DNA of 64,000 nucleotides from positions 1,409,133 to 1,473,132 of the forward strand of contig NW_003314311.1 of assembly GCF_000143415.4 (NCBI RefSeq), in the 5' to 3' direction. Within the stretch, counting starts at the first letter, position 1. The number at the start of each line of letters is the position of its first letter. The position numbers and the translations under genes are program-made. Of this stretch, positions 21,897-35,300 are shown in pieces. The notes beneath the pieces were generated by a model. It was not told the DNA's origin, ran no database searches, and worked only from the letters and a program-made list of their open reading frames with translations. Origin of the DNA: Selaginella moellendorffii. Taxonomy: Eukaryota > Plantae > Lycopodiophyta.

Positions 21897-24128
21897 ATGC
21901 ATCCAATGCCGGCCGCGATTGTGTCGCCTCTTCGCGTCTACGCGCACAATCCGGAGGCGCCGGTGTGTTCTTCGTCATCTGTGGTAGCGGCGGTGGTGAG
22001 CTATGGAAAGATTACGCACAATGCAGGGCTTCTGCGATTTGGAATCCGATGCAAGAGGAGGAGGGGAGTTCTTGTGGCCATGGCCTCGGCGGCCGCGGCA
22101 GAGCCTTCTTCTCCGGAGGTAATCACGACTCCCAAGGGATTGCAAGTCCAGGAGACGCAGAACGATGGTAATGCTCGGGTAAGCATCAGTTTCTCCAATA
22201 TTTCCAGATGGAATTTTTTTTTGTTGTGTAGGTTCGCTTGAAAGTAAGAGTTCCGGGGAATCTCTGCAAGGAAATTTACGATGAAACCCTGCTGGATTTT
22301 AGCAAGAAAGTGAAGGTGAGTGTAATAGTGATACTCTAGAACCAGCATTTTCAGTAGAGTTTTGTTATGATTGTCAGGTGAAAGGTTTTCGTCCTGGAAA
22401 AGTTCCAGAGTGGGTTTTGCTCAGTCAAATTGGGCAGAAGCGTGTCGAGTCGGAGGCGGTGAAGTTGATCCTGGAGAAAACTCTCCCCGAAGCTATGGCT
22501 TCCGTGAGTAGCTTTGCCATTACTTTTCTCCGTAGCTTACGTGCTGTTTTAAGGTTGCTGGACGAGCACTGAAAGATTCAGAAGAGATTGTCACGAAATT
22601 CGATTCGCTGCTGGCAGCCTTCACGCCAACTTCTCCTCTAAGGTAATGTTTTTGGTCGTCGTTTGCTCTAGAACTCCACCTAAGCGGTTTAAGCGATAGT
22701 TATCATGTTGCAGTGGATGTTATACCGGATGTGGAGTGGACATCAAAGGACGCTTACAAACATATGGTGCTAGAAGTTGAAGGTCGCGACGATATTGGTG
22801 TTCAAAATGCTGCCGATGCTGAGCTTGCATCGCGACACAAGGATTTGGGATCCTTGAGAGTTGTAACTGGTAGAGGATTGGAGGTATATCTAGCTTTTTG
22901 TTTTCCTTATTCTGACTTGGCTCCTTGTGTAGATGAACGATGTCGTTATTATTGATATTTCGGCTGCTCGCATAAACAGTGATGGAACAATTGGCGACAA
23001 GATTCTATCATGCACACAGAAAGGTACGCGTTGCTCTGGTATACTCCGGTTGATTGAAAATACCTCTTCAGGATTTAGTTTGGACACGGAGGAGAGCACT
23101 TCTTATATACCAGGGCTTGTTCAAAACATGATGGACCAGAAAGGTGGCGAAACTCGCACTTTTGATCTTGTTTTTCCTCCAGACTGGAATCAGGAGCACC
23201 TTCGTAACATCAAAGCGCGATTCACTGTAAGTCTTGCTACTGCTTTAAGTGACATCCTCAGTGCGGTTTTTGGTTAGGTGGAATGCAAAGAAGTCTTCCT
23301 GAGGGTAGTACCTGATCTAAATGACGAAATTGCGGAAAAGCTTGTTGAAGGATGCAAGACATTAGAGCAGGTAGGATGCAATTTTTCGCTTGAGATTTCC
23401 TTGGTATCTCTTGTCAATCAGGTGAAGCAAGCTTTGCTCAAAAAGCATCAGCTCATTGAGGAAAATAACAGAAAGAATGCAGCCAGGGGAGCAGTACTTG
23501 AAAAACTTTCCAAGGTCAAGTAACATCTTGATCTTGCGCTTAATTCCATGTATCTATGTGCAGATAGCAAAGATTCAAGTTCCAAAATCCTTACTAGAGG
23601 AGCAGGGCCGACAAATATATGCCGCCAAGCTTATGGAGTTGCACGTAAGATTGACTAGTGTCCAAGTATTCGATTTTGACATGCCAATCCAGATCAAACA
23701 ACGGTTTGACAAGAAGCAAATGGAGCCGCTCACTAGCGAAGAAATGGTGAACAACTTTATTCGTGTCAAGCACGATGAGATATCGGCTACAGTGAGGCAA
23801 TCCATCGCCGTGGCAGAGGTTTTCAGGCTTGAAAAGCTTCAGGTTTGTTTCATCGGTACGTTCTTTTACTTTACTGAAGTGCTGTGCGTAACAGTACACG
23901 AGGGATGAGCTAGAAGCGGAGGTAAAGTCCGCTATTGACGAGTTCAAGATCTACAACCAAGAATACGACGAAAAGAAAGTGAGAGAACAGGTACGTTTCA
24001 CGCCATCGCTCTCAATCAGTTTTAGACAAGAAAATCTTGTGTTCTAGGCGCAAGAGATGCTTGAGGGTGCCAAAGTCTTGGATTGGCTACTGGAGCAAGC
24101 GGACATCAGATACGTAACTACTAAGTAG
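21897..24128 (+). CDS. TIG: Trigger factor, chloroplastic (multi-exon)
   Basis: Transit-peptide-like N terminus, ribosome-binding signature GFRPGKVP, FKBP-like GETRTFDLVFP segment, C terminus EGAKVLDWLLEQA. GT-AG introns of about 50-60 nt. Confidence 0.9.
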
Positions 24129-24409
24129 ATAGTGATTTGCTTCGTCCGGACAAACGTTTTGGCTTGTAATCGCAGCTTTTTGGAGGGTTTCCATTTTGCT
24201 TAACACTGTGTATAATCTATCTAACCGGAGGCGAATTTTTCTCAGCTGGCATTGATGAAACGTAGAGGCAGCAGGCAGCTCACACTATTTTTGTGGGTGG
24301 TGTGCACGGGACACGGCCCCTGGGATTGCGTGCCTGTGCTTGACAGACCACTCAGCAAAGTGGCGCAATAAATCCTCCGAGAGGAGGCGGCCGATGACGA
24401 GTCGGAGTC

Positions 24410-26400
24410 ATGCCCAGAGCTTGCTTCCTCCTCGCCATCGCCTTGTTCTCTGCCGTCTCTACTTCTGCAACGACGAACAATGCGAGTATGTTTCGTTCTC
24501 CTCTTCTTTATTTTTATTTTTTTCGCGTGACTCGCTTTCCCTCTATTGTGACAGCTCGGGTGCGCTCCGTGAGCTTGGGAGGCTGGCTGGTGATTGAGAA
24601 ATGGATCAAGCCGTCGCTTTTTGATGGAATCGTGGAGCCGGACCTCTTAGTAATCTAGTTTTTGTTTCCTTGTCCTCTAGTTGTTTTGTGTTGCCTTGTC
24701 TTGTCTCGTCCAGGATGGAACTCTTGTTACATTCGAGTCACTGGTTCTGGGAACTTATGTGACGGCTGCCAATGGAGGTGGCTCGGACGTCACTGCCAAC
24801 GGCACCTCGGCGTCGGACTGGCAAACATTCAAGGTAAAGATGGAACTCTCGGTGGTGCTGTCTGACAATACTCCTTTTCTGACAGCTATGGCGTGTTTCC
24901 AGTACATTGTTCCAGTTTCGGGTGTCCAAGAACCAGTTTATCTCAGCACCGGATTCGAGTGTCTCCGCCACCGTGGACTATCCCGGACAGTCTGAAACGT
25001 TTGAGATTAGTCGAAACGGTGGCCTGGTGATGCTTCGAGCCCCCAATGGCATGTACCTCCAGGTAGTGAACTGCGATCGTATGAAAAGCTCAAGCTCAAT
25101 GTGATCCATTCCACAGGCAAATGAGAACTCTCGACTGACTGCCGATTACAATGGGACTCTGGGATGGAGCAGTGACAATCCAGCAGTCTTCAATATGACT
25201 GTCAATACTGTTCTTGGTGGAGAGTTCCAGCTCGCCAATGGGTACGACAAAGAAGACGCACAAACCGTGTTCAAGGTTTGTGAGTCGAGGCTTTGTGATT
25301 GGAGCTTCTGAAGTCTTGGTGTCTTAGAAACACCGAGAGAGCTTCATCACTCAAGACGACTTCAAGTTCTTGGCTGCAAACGCAATCAACAACGTTAGAA
25401 TTCCGATTGGCTGGTGGATTGCATACGACCCAGAGCCTCCATTCCCATTCGTTTCCGGCTCGCTCGAGGCACTGGACAACGCGTTCACCTGGGCAGAGTA
25501 CGTACGCGATCTCTAAATTGCTTAAAGTTGATACGTCTTTCGTCCAGGAACACCGGCATCAGCGTCCTAGTGGATCTCCACGCGGCCCCGGGATCTCAAA
25601 GCCAGTGGCAACACTGTGGAACTCGGGACGGCGTTTCAGAGTGGGCCAAAGCCAACACCAGCTACATCTCCGATACACTTTCAGTCATTGAATTTCTGAC
25701 CTCCAGGTATGCATGCGAGTCCCTCGCTCTCTTCTTTCATTCACTTTTTGCCTTTCTCTCCGTGTTCTTCAACCTTGTAGATACGCAAGCCATTCCGCAT
25801 TTTTTGGCATCGAGCTTCTCAACGAGCCAACTCAGCAGCACGTACCACTCGACGTCCTCCGCAATTACTACGTTGCGGGCTACAGCAGGGTGAGAAAATA
25901 CAGCTCAAGCTGCTTCGTGATCATCTGCCAGCTGATCGGCACAAACCCGAGCATACTGGTGGATTTCATGACACCCAGCGATGGCTACACCAACGTCGCC
26001 TTGGACGTCCACTGGTACAACCTCTTCGAGAACAGATTCGTGAACACTTCGGCGCAGTGGAACATCGACTATATCCTCAACCAGAGGAACTCCGATCTCC
26101 AAAAGCTCAACAACGCAAACGGGCCTCTCATACTCGTTGGTAAGCTCTTGGAGTTCGTCAGTGATTCATGGATCGATCTAAAACCATTGCCTTGCAGGGG
26201 AATGGACCACCGAGTGGGATGTGCAAGGAGCCACCATGTCGGACTACCGAAACTTTGGAGTGGCACAGCTCAAAGTGTTTGGAAACGCATCGCTGGGGTG
26301 GTCTTACTGGGGACTCAAGAGCAAGGATCTACACTGGGACTTCGAAAGAACCGTGGAAAAGGGACTGCTCACACGCCAGAGCAACGGACAGTGGCCTTGA
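24410..26400 (+). CDS. GH5 glucan 1,3-beta-glucosidase with fascin-like insert (multi-exon)
   Basis: Signal peptide; SLGGWLVIEKWIKPSLF, VRIPIGWW, DLHAAPGSQ, acid/base IELLNEP, DVHWY, nucleophile GEW, WSYW. Confidence 0.9.
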
Positions 26401-26639
26401 AAAAGAACAAACAGGGCCAGTGACAACTCTCAAGAATAGGATCTAACAAAAGTTCCGGGAAAACAAATGATTTTTTCTTGAAGCAAGGACTATAGTTTAT
26501 AGACAAAAGTATTTTTATATCCAGTTAGATTGCTTAGTATGGCTCGGCATATCTAACTTGAACACTTGGTGCGAATGGCACTAAAGACATGGTGAATGAG
26601 ATAGGGACACCCAGTTTCAGTTGTTATAGACCCTTAGCT

Positions 26640-27700
26640 AGAAGGGTTGTTTTGGGTGCATCACCAAGTGTGGGGGATGCCCTCGGGGTCATGGTGAACA
26701 ATTTAAAGGTCTGGAAGACTTAGTACCTATTGACAAACCTATTAAAGTGCCAAGTTGTGATCACTAGGTGATCTTATGACTAAAAACAACTTGTGAGGTT
26801 AAAGGATAAAGTCTTTAGTTCAAAGTGTAGGTTTGAACTATTGATGATGGTGTGGCTTAGTCAAGGTGATCAAGTGGGAAGAACACCTAAGGGAAATTAT
26901 TTGTGACTATGTGTTGGCATAATGAGTCTGAATAAAGTAGTCTCTATAAAAGACCTATAAGAGGGTCACAAAGTTGGGCCAAGGATAGAGCCTACAGTAG
27001 AAAATCTTAAAGAGACGTACTAGGGGTGAACACCCTTTGGACTTGGCAAGGCAAAGTCCTTGCTATGGGACCAAAAGGATACCTCAAGAATGGAGGTAGT
27101 GATCCGATGTTGTTGGGTGCAACAATCAAGGATAGGAGCAAAAGACTAGCAGTTAAAAAAAGAGCCATGGGAATCATGGGAAAGAATCCAAAACGCAAAG
27201 CACCGTCAAGTGTGGGGGATGCCCTTAAGGTTATAGTCAACAATTTAAAAGGGTCTGGAAGACTTAGTTTCTATTGGTAGACCTGTTAAGGGGTCAAGAT
27301 GAGATCACTAGGTGATCTTATGGCTAAACAAGGACAAGATCTTTGTTTGGGTTAAGGAATATGATTTGTAGTTCAAAGTGTTGATTTGAACTATTGATAA
27401 TGGTGTGACTTGGTCAAGGTGACCAAGTGGGAAGGACACCTAAAGAGAAATCAGTTGTGCCAATATGATGGTATAGTAAGTTCAAGAAAGTAATCTTTAA
27501 GAGAAACCCATGGGAGGGTCACAAAGTTGGGCTATAGACGGAGCCCATAGCAGAAAATGCTAAAGAGACCTACTAGGGGTGAGCACCCTCTAGACTTAGC
27601 AAAGTAAAGCCTTTGCCATGGAACCAAAAGGATACTTCGAGAATGGAGGTAGTGATCCTAAGTTGCTCAGTGCAACAATCAACGAATAAAAGTAAAAAAT
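26640..27700. repeat. Tandem duplication, about 550-bp unit x2, of decayed TE-like sequence
   Basis: caagtgtgggggatgccct at ~26665 and ~27208; gagac.tactaggggtga.caccct at ~27013 and ~27565. Confidence 0.75.
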
Positions 27701-27729
27701 TAGTGGCCAAGTGTGGGCCATGAAATTTA

Positions 27730-28520
27730 TGTAAGCCACAAATTTTTCCTTTCCAATTTGCCAGCTTACCTCGTCTATCCGACCAACACTGCCTTGGTTT
27801 GTGCTAAGTTCCCTCGCCAAGGTTCTCGCCTATTGTACCAGCTCCTACTTAGTCCTACTTGGTTTCAGCTATTCACTGCACGAGCAACGGAGTGTTAGCC
27901 ATCCATCTACGGATTCCCAAATCTCTCCCAATCCCCCTCCCTGGGTTAGACTGGACTTAAGGTTCGGCTACACTCCCCGCAGGCACAAGCAGCCAAGCAC
28001 ACCAAGCCTCCAGGTTCCTAACACCCCTTGGTACAACAAGACTTGATCATGGGACCCTCTAAATCCCAAGCCTTGGGTGCAGCACTTGCTTCGGGATGTC
28101 GGGGCGAAACACCATGGCCTAACGCCCCGGTATGGGTACCTCTACCCCCCCCGAAGGGAAGGCCCAAGCCCTTAGGAAGGGCGAGGACCAATGAGCCACA
28201 AGGTACTCAAGTGGGGCACCACTCCACATAAGCCGGGAGCACTGTAGTCGGTTTCCCTTTCGGGAGTGGGAGCTGCTCTTGAGCACTTCCCTGGGTGGCC
28301 CCTCCGGCACCACCCAAGCCCATGCTCACTCCCACCCAAGGCCCTTCGGCCCCAGTCTCAACCTCAAGTCAGTTTGGAAGCACCACTGGAGAGTTCCTTC
28401 AAGACTGGTTCCTGGACCTCACTATCCCTACTATACTTTTGGAACCCCTTGCAGCCCCCCCCCCCCCCCCCGGGAGACACATGCTTTGGGCTTTCACCCC
28501 TTGAGTTGTATTAGTATTTG
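27730..28520. mobile_element. LTR-like element, family B (partial)
   Basis: Starts TGTAAGCCACAAATTTT. The first ~370 bp match 58185-58565 in reverse orientation, and 28420-28500 matches the poly-G/TATA module of family A LTRs in reverse. Confidence 0.7.
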
Positions 28521-28790
28521 GACTTAGTCTCAGAATCGATCTCGGACCCGACTTCGGACTCGGTCTTGGACTCAGTCTCGGACTCGATCTCGGACCCGAT
28601 CTCGAACTCGACTTCGGACTCGACCTCGGACTCGGTTTCGGACCCGATTTGGATCTCGGACTCTGTCTCAAACTCGGTCTCGAACTCAGTCTCGAACTCG
28701 GTCTCCGATTCGGCCTCGGCTCGATCCCGGACTCTATCTCAAACTCGGTCTTTGAGTCAATCTTGGACTCGATCTTCGACTCGGTCCCAT
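28518..28790. repeat. Hexamer-based repeat (GACTCG/ATCTCG/GTCTCG)n
   Basis: Visible directly; a more decayed copy lies at 40110-40320. Confidence 0.85.
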
Positions 28791-29312
28791 CCGATGAACT
28801 CTTTGTCATTTCGGTCATGCTTTCGGGGATCCTTTAGCCTACGACATCTCGGGGAGTTGGTTCCTTACAATTCATTGGAAGTGGATGCTAGTGGATTGTG
28901 AGAAAGGAAGTGTGCTTCCAAGGATGGATTCACAATTGCTCCAAGTTGGCAAAGGTGAAAGCTCCAAAGGAGGGAGCGGCAAAATAGCCAAATGATAGGG
29001 CCATGGACAACTCTAGCACAACTTACAATGGCTAGAACTTGGTGCCAAATGTGGCACAAAATAGAAAGGAGGATGATGATGCCCTCACGTAGAGAATTTT
29101 TTAGGATGGGGAAGTGAAGTTGCACAATATGTGCAATGGAAGGTGTCGGAGACACCAAAGAAATTAACTTCAAGAAATCAAAATTAAAAGTTCCAAGATG
29201 AACTGGTTATGTCAATAAAAGTTGAGACTACTCGAAAATGAGTAGTAGGATTGAGCTAGAGAAGATGTCTTTAATGGGTTTAGCGAGAGCTAAACCAATA
29301 AAAGGGAGAGAA

Positions 29313-32300
29313 TGTCGCGAATGTGACTTCAGGTATCGAAAGTTACCTGTCGGCCAGTCCTTACGGACACTCTTTCCTTACTGTCACGATAGCAAGAGGT
29401 CGGTATTGCTAGTTCCCTTTATCAGCCCCTCTTGTTGAAGTGTTAGTAAACTGGGCTTAGCACCTATACTTAGCCAAATGGATATAAGGTAGGAACTCCT
29501 ATGTGTTTTTAGCTGAGTATACTCGGCCTGGCTCTTAGTTCTCTTTTGCTCTGTCTTGCATTGGCTTGACAAGAACTCTAGTGTATTGAGATTAGTCCCT
29601 TAATATCGCTGGATGATAGATTACCGTGTCTGCCAAACACCCTTGCTATCATGCCCTTTGTGTTAGTCTCATTTTGGTCCTAAATGCTATTTATGGAAAG
29701 TGTCTAGATTTGCTCATTTGGCATATCTGCGGAATGTAGAGATTGGCCTGAACACAATGGTGTTTGTCCTGTGTCCAAATTCGCATTCTAGCGCCATTCC
29801 ATATTTAGTAAGTTTCACCCATGTCCTCACGTTAGGCCACCGGTATGCTGAAATAGTGCCAAACTCCATTTAGCTCCATTTTGCGTGCTGGTCTTGGCAT
29901 TGGGATGCTGGTTGCTCTAGGACTGTTCCAAGTCGCTCCGGGCTCTTGTCCCTTCGCTCCTTGGGCTATATACTCGGGAGTTGCTCCGTGGTCCAGTTCC
30001 ATCACTCCTTGGTTCCATGCTTGGGGGTTTGGCATAGTTCCTTCGTTTAGTGGCCCAAGGCTCTGAAACTCGGGTTTCACACCACTATCCTTTGGACACG
30101 TGGCATGTGACATGTGGCATTTGTCACGTGGCACAAAGAGGGTTAGGTTCCGCTTCATGGTGTTATCCTACGTGCGCTACATTTGGTATCAGAGGATGAG
30201 TCTCAGCGAGTACTATTCAATGAGATTGGGCAACTAGTCTTGTTGCATACGCAGAGATGAAAACGATGATCCGAGTGGGTACACATTTTGGTGCAAAGGC
30301 TTCGCATTCGTTCCTTGGGTATGGATTTTAGTTACCTTTTTATACCGTAATAATATGAGTTTTCATAAGATGGATTTGAAGTGTACCTTCTGCACGAGTT
30401 TTCACTTGGGCTCGTGAGTGAGGCACATTAGTAACTCGAAGTTATACTTTGAGTTGGCAGAATTAATGTAAGCCTATCGATGGTTCCATGAGTTGTTCCA
30501 ATGGTTCCATGAGTTGTTCCATGTACCATGGGTGAAAGTAAACCTTCCCTAGGTTTGGTATGAGTGGCAAATAGGCTGGTTTGTAGCTGTTTAGCACGGC
30601 CCTAGTGGATCCTTCCTAGACATGGTTACAAGTGGATCAATCAAGACTATAGGGATTAGTTTATTGGTTCAAATAGTCATTGCTGTGCTCTCTCATAAAC
30701 TTTTCTTGGATTGGACTGAAGGCAGTGCGAAAGCAAACTTGAGGTTTAGTCAAAAATGAGACCGAGAAAAGAGTCATTAGGGATGAAGGATCAAACACGT
30801 AAATCATTTTCTCTTGGAGAGATGATTTGCAACGAGGTGTTAACTCATTGCTCGTGTTCACATCATGCAATCAAGAGTCCCTATCTTGATGCATGTTGGA
30901 GATGATGATCTTTGGTGAGTTGTGGGATAGATAGCAGTGAAGCGCTAAACCATTTTATCTAGACTTACTATTGGAAGACTTAGGTTGCAATGCTCAATTT
31001 TTTTCTAGGGAACCTTGCTATTGCTCTTTGAGTAGCTTGGTGTTGGATTAGTTTTGAGATTGGTCGGAAAGAGAATGGCATGAGCTTGTCCTTGTTGTGA
31101 ACAAAAGTTAGTGGTATTAGGTGTTGTAAATCTCTATCGGTGAAGTGTGGCAATTGTGTTGCATTTTGTTGAATTGAGTTGGCATTTGATATTTATATAA
31201 ACCTTGTAGTAGTGACATGGGCATTTCTCGTGGTATTGCTCAATTGATGATCAAGTCATTGTGATTTTTATATCGTGTCCATGTGATAGTAAGCAATGCG
31301 TTTACGAAGTTGCTTGGTTAAATGATGATCAACCCCAAAGTGGTTGATGGAGAAGCTAGTCTACTTGCACGAAGTAGCATTGTAGTAGCTTTGACTGGAT
31401 TCTCGATAGTGGTCCATTATGCTAAGCTTAAGTTGGTACTTTGTTCCTTGGGTTTGCCCTTAAGGTGTTGGAAAGGGTTATAGCATTCACTTGCTATGGC
31501 TTGTTGGTTTATCTGTTAACACTTGAAGTAGATTGTTGGATGGAGAAAATGTGTAGTTGAGGCATTAAGATCACTAGCACTTGTGTTAGTGAAAGTGGCA
31601 TTGTTATTTGAGTGATGAGGAATTTTCCTTAAAACTTGATTTTCCATGTCATTTTTCTTGTCAGTGTTTTTTTGCTTCACATTGGATTTTGAAGGTGGTT
31701 GAAGAAAAGTGTTAGTGCAATTTGGATATCCGAAGATGTGGTCTTCGTGATCAAGCTTTGGATGTTCATTTTGCACTTTGCGGATGTCGGTGTTGGATAT
31801 CAGAAAAATGGGCAAAGATGTTCGAGGCTTAAGCATACTATGGGTCATGAGAATTTGTGTTAAAGTGAACCTATGTGAAGTTGTTGGTAGAAGAAAGTTG
31901 GTTGAGTCTTGAAAGTTTGCATTCCTAGACTGAGAGTTATTTTTTCTCTAGGATGGAAAATTTTCCACAAATTTTCTTAGGTTTTTCCAATGGCTAATCT
32001 ATTGATCACTTTGTCCGAAAACCTTTCTGTTTTCGTAAGCCAGTACAAACTAGTGAAAGGGATGAAGTTGACTTTAGTTAGCTTAATGTAAGCTCCTGAG
32101 TTTGTACTTCCCGGGAGGTCACCCAGCCCAGTACTATTCAAACCCAAGGATGCTTAACCCCAAATATCCCAAGACCCTTAACCGATTGTGCACTCTTGTT
32201 CATGGGCCCTTTCCCTCTATATTTGAACCCCATGGATCGTCTCTCGAATCGTTCCCTTTGGTTGCTTACACTTAAACCTTAGTAGATAGTTTGTATGATA

Positions 32301-35300
32301 CGATCCGAAAGGGATGCTAACTTTTGGGGCTAAAGCAATTGAGCTGGATAGAGTCTGGAGTTGGTGTAGAAAAGTGGCTATTGCATTTTTCTTAGAAGGG
32401 TGACCCTCATGCCTTTCTTTTGTAGTATTATGCTCAATGGCAGGTTACACCTTGCATTTTGTTAAGACTTTATGAGAGTAGTGAGTTCTCACTGATCTTG
32501 ATTTGGTCTTGGTGACTCTGTGTCTTGGCTGAGGATGGTGATGTCCTACTTAGTTGTTTGAGGTTGAGATGTTGGTACCCATACTATAGCTTTGTCTATG
32601 AGGAGGTTGTGTATCGATATAAGTCCATCTCATGGTTTTCACTTTAGTTTCGACTGAGTGTTAATCGCATAGCTAGCCTCTTCAAGGCATGCTTAGAGCT
32701 AGTGGCTAAATGTATTAGTGAGCTTATTGCAGTTGAGTTGGATTTGAGTGGTCATTTAATTCGTGCATGTCTATGAACTTTTATCTCAATCTGGGGTATT
32801 ACGTTTATGTTGGAGAAGTGTATAACTCGATGATGTGAGTTTAGTGTTGGGTCTTGTGAAGGCAAGTTGAAGGGTGATTTTTAGTTGCTTAGCAACTAGT
32901 GATTACTTATAAATTTTGCTCAGGATTGTTGACACTTGCTTCATTCGATGATGATTTAGCAGTGATGGGCTTGCTTTGCTGGATGGTATTGCGGAGGATC
33001 GTGTCGTTAGATTTATATGGGTTTTCCATGTTATCATGTCGATTCTACCTCTGTCGATATCATTTGGTTGCATCTAGTTCGTAGTGTTGGATTTCATTGA
33101 GTCTTGGACGTGGTGAATCACTCTTTGATGAAGTGTTATCTGTAACTGAGTATTGTTGGAGTATTGGTCTCGGATACTAAGTAAAGTATCCTTGACCTTG
33201 GTTAACTTAGTTGCTAGGGAGTTTTGAGTGGTGATTCACTTGTGCTTTTTTCTAGCTTTGTTATGGTGTTGATGGCATTGAAGTGATGCTTTGTCATTGA
33301 CATTGTTGATGTTGAGATTCAAGTGAAATGAGATATCCCTCCATATGATTGATATTGAGTTTCATTAGTCTCGATGAAGATAGTGTTGATAATTTGGTTA
33401 TGGCTTTGTGTTATTGGCATTCGTGCATTTGCTAGTGAGCAACTGTGTTGACATTCAAATGAACTAAGTGGCAAGTTGAGTTAGTTATGTTCTAGACAAG
33501 ATTGCTTAGTTGAGGTTGAGCTTTAGCTTTTCCTTGAAAAGTGATTTAGTCGTGGACTATACTAGCTTTACGAGAGGAAGAATTAGTGTTCGATATTAGA
33601 ATGATTGAATCTTTGTTGGATTTTAGTTGGGATATATTGATCATTGATGATTTTTCTTCTTCTTGTTATGAAGTGAGTTACGCCTTGCTGTAAATGGATT
33701 CATAAAGGATTGTTTAGTGATCACTTGTTGGGCATAGCTCCGTTGTGCTTAGCTTATGGATGTGTTGAGGAAGATATTATGGGTTGCATCACGATTTCTT
33801 CTTTAGCATTGAAGTTAAACTCGTGATCATTATTATACAAGACTTAGCTATAAGCTTCTTCAAGCTTTTGGTTCTTTGAGTTTTATACTCATTGTTCCAT
33901 TTGTTAGAAGTTGTTGGGGAAGGCATTTTGGCTCCTACCTTCGATGTTGAAGTTAGTATTTGCATCTAACAATCATTGGTGATGATTGACTATCATCTAA
34001 GATGATTGATTATCCTTGTCAAAGGTTTTGCTTGATTATTGTTGATCTAGAATGATTTGTTATTCTTCGGGATGGTGGATTCCTTCTTAAACGATGATTC
34101 TACATATCTCTTTTTGATAGGATAATTGATGATCTTTCATGATGGTTAGTTGTTCTCTTTGATGGCTTATAGCTTTTCGCAATACCACATGTTCTTTGTG
34201 GTTTGCTTTGGATTGGTCTCTTGGGTTTGAGACATCAATAGGATATTGCTGATGCTTACTTAAACAACTCTTGTTCCTTGGTATTATTGACTGGGATCTA
34301 TTCAAATTGGCTAGTGCAATGGTTGATATGAACAAGCGTTTGTTTGCTTTGCAACATTTATTTTGTTCTGTTGATTATTGCTCGACTTAGTTCTCATAGA
34401 TTATAATGTTATTTCTTTCGGGTGATACATTTGCGAGCATTATGCTTGTTAGTCAATGATACTTTGTGTTCTTTGAGTTGTGTTTTGTGAGTTGTTTGGC
34501 ATACTATCTGCCATTTTCAGTAGTTAAATTTCATCATTGGGTTTCCTTGATGATCTACTTGCTATTGAATTTTGTTGGATGGTGATTCCTATGTTTATCA
34601 ATTATGATGATCTTGATGGTTCCTATATTACTAATTTATCGGATGATAACTTACTTGGAATACTTTTGTGTTCTAATCTAATATATATTCATTGATACTT
34701 AAGTCTCTAAGATCTCATTGTCTATGACTTTAATATTGTCCATCTATTGATCTTTGAGTTTGGGCCAGTATAGGCAGATTGGCTTCAGCACTTCGTGTGC
34801 ATGTTGAAATCTCTAGTCATGGGGTAGCTACTGTCGATTGGTCACATAACCTGCCTCTCTGTCGATGTTCCTTATTCCGTTGAAAGGGCATGACCATGTA
34901 AACAACTCTAACTGCCTATTTATAGTAGTCTATCTAAACCTTACTGACAGGTTTGGTTTCTTTGCTCATGAGGGTTGGGGCCTCTGGCTTCTCTCTCTAT
35001 GTCCCTGCAGGCAGGGGTGTATCACACTTTTGTAGCTAGGTGACACCCAGAGCAGCAAGGGTGGCTGACTCCGTTAGTCATTTCCTTATTGGTGACAGCC
35101 GGAAGGTGTCTGAGTTGGTAGCGCATCCGCGTTAGACAAAGAGGTTGCCTCTTAACTCATTTAAGTCAGTGCATTTTTCACATAGTGTGAATATCGTGAA
35201 CTTTTTCTAGAGTTGTTTCCTTGGTGGTATTCTAGACTGGAGTATGCATCGATAAAGACGTCGATCTTCCCTAGGAGGGGAGAGTGTCGCGAATGTGACT

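Noticed and set aside
28399-28901. Ser/Asp- or Ser/Pro/Arg-rich ORFs (also 40093-40438)
   Set aside because: Products of a hexamer repeat that is open in several frames.
32104-32159. Functional 5S rRNA gene
   Set aside because: Only about 55 nt of the internal control region is present, embedded in a TSD-flanked LTR.
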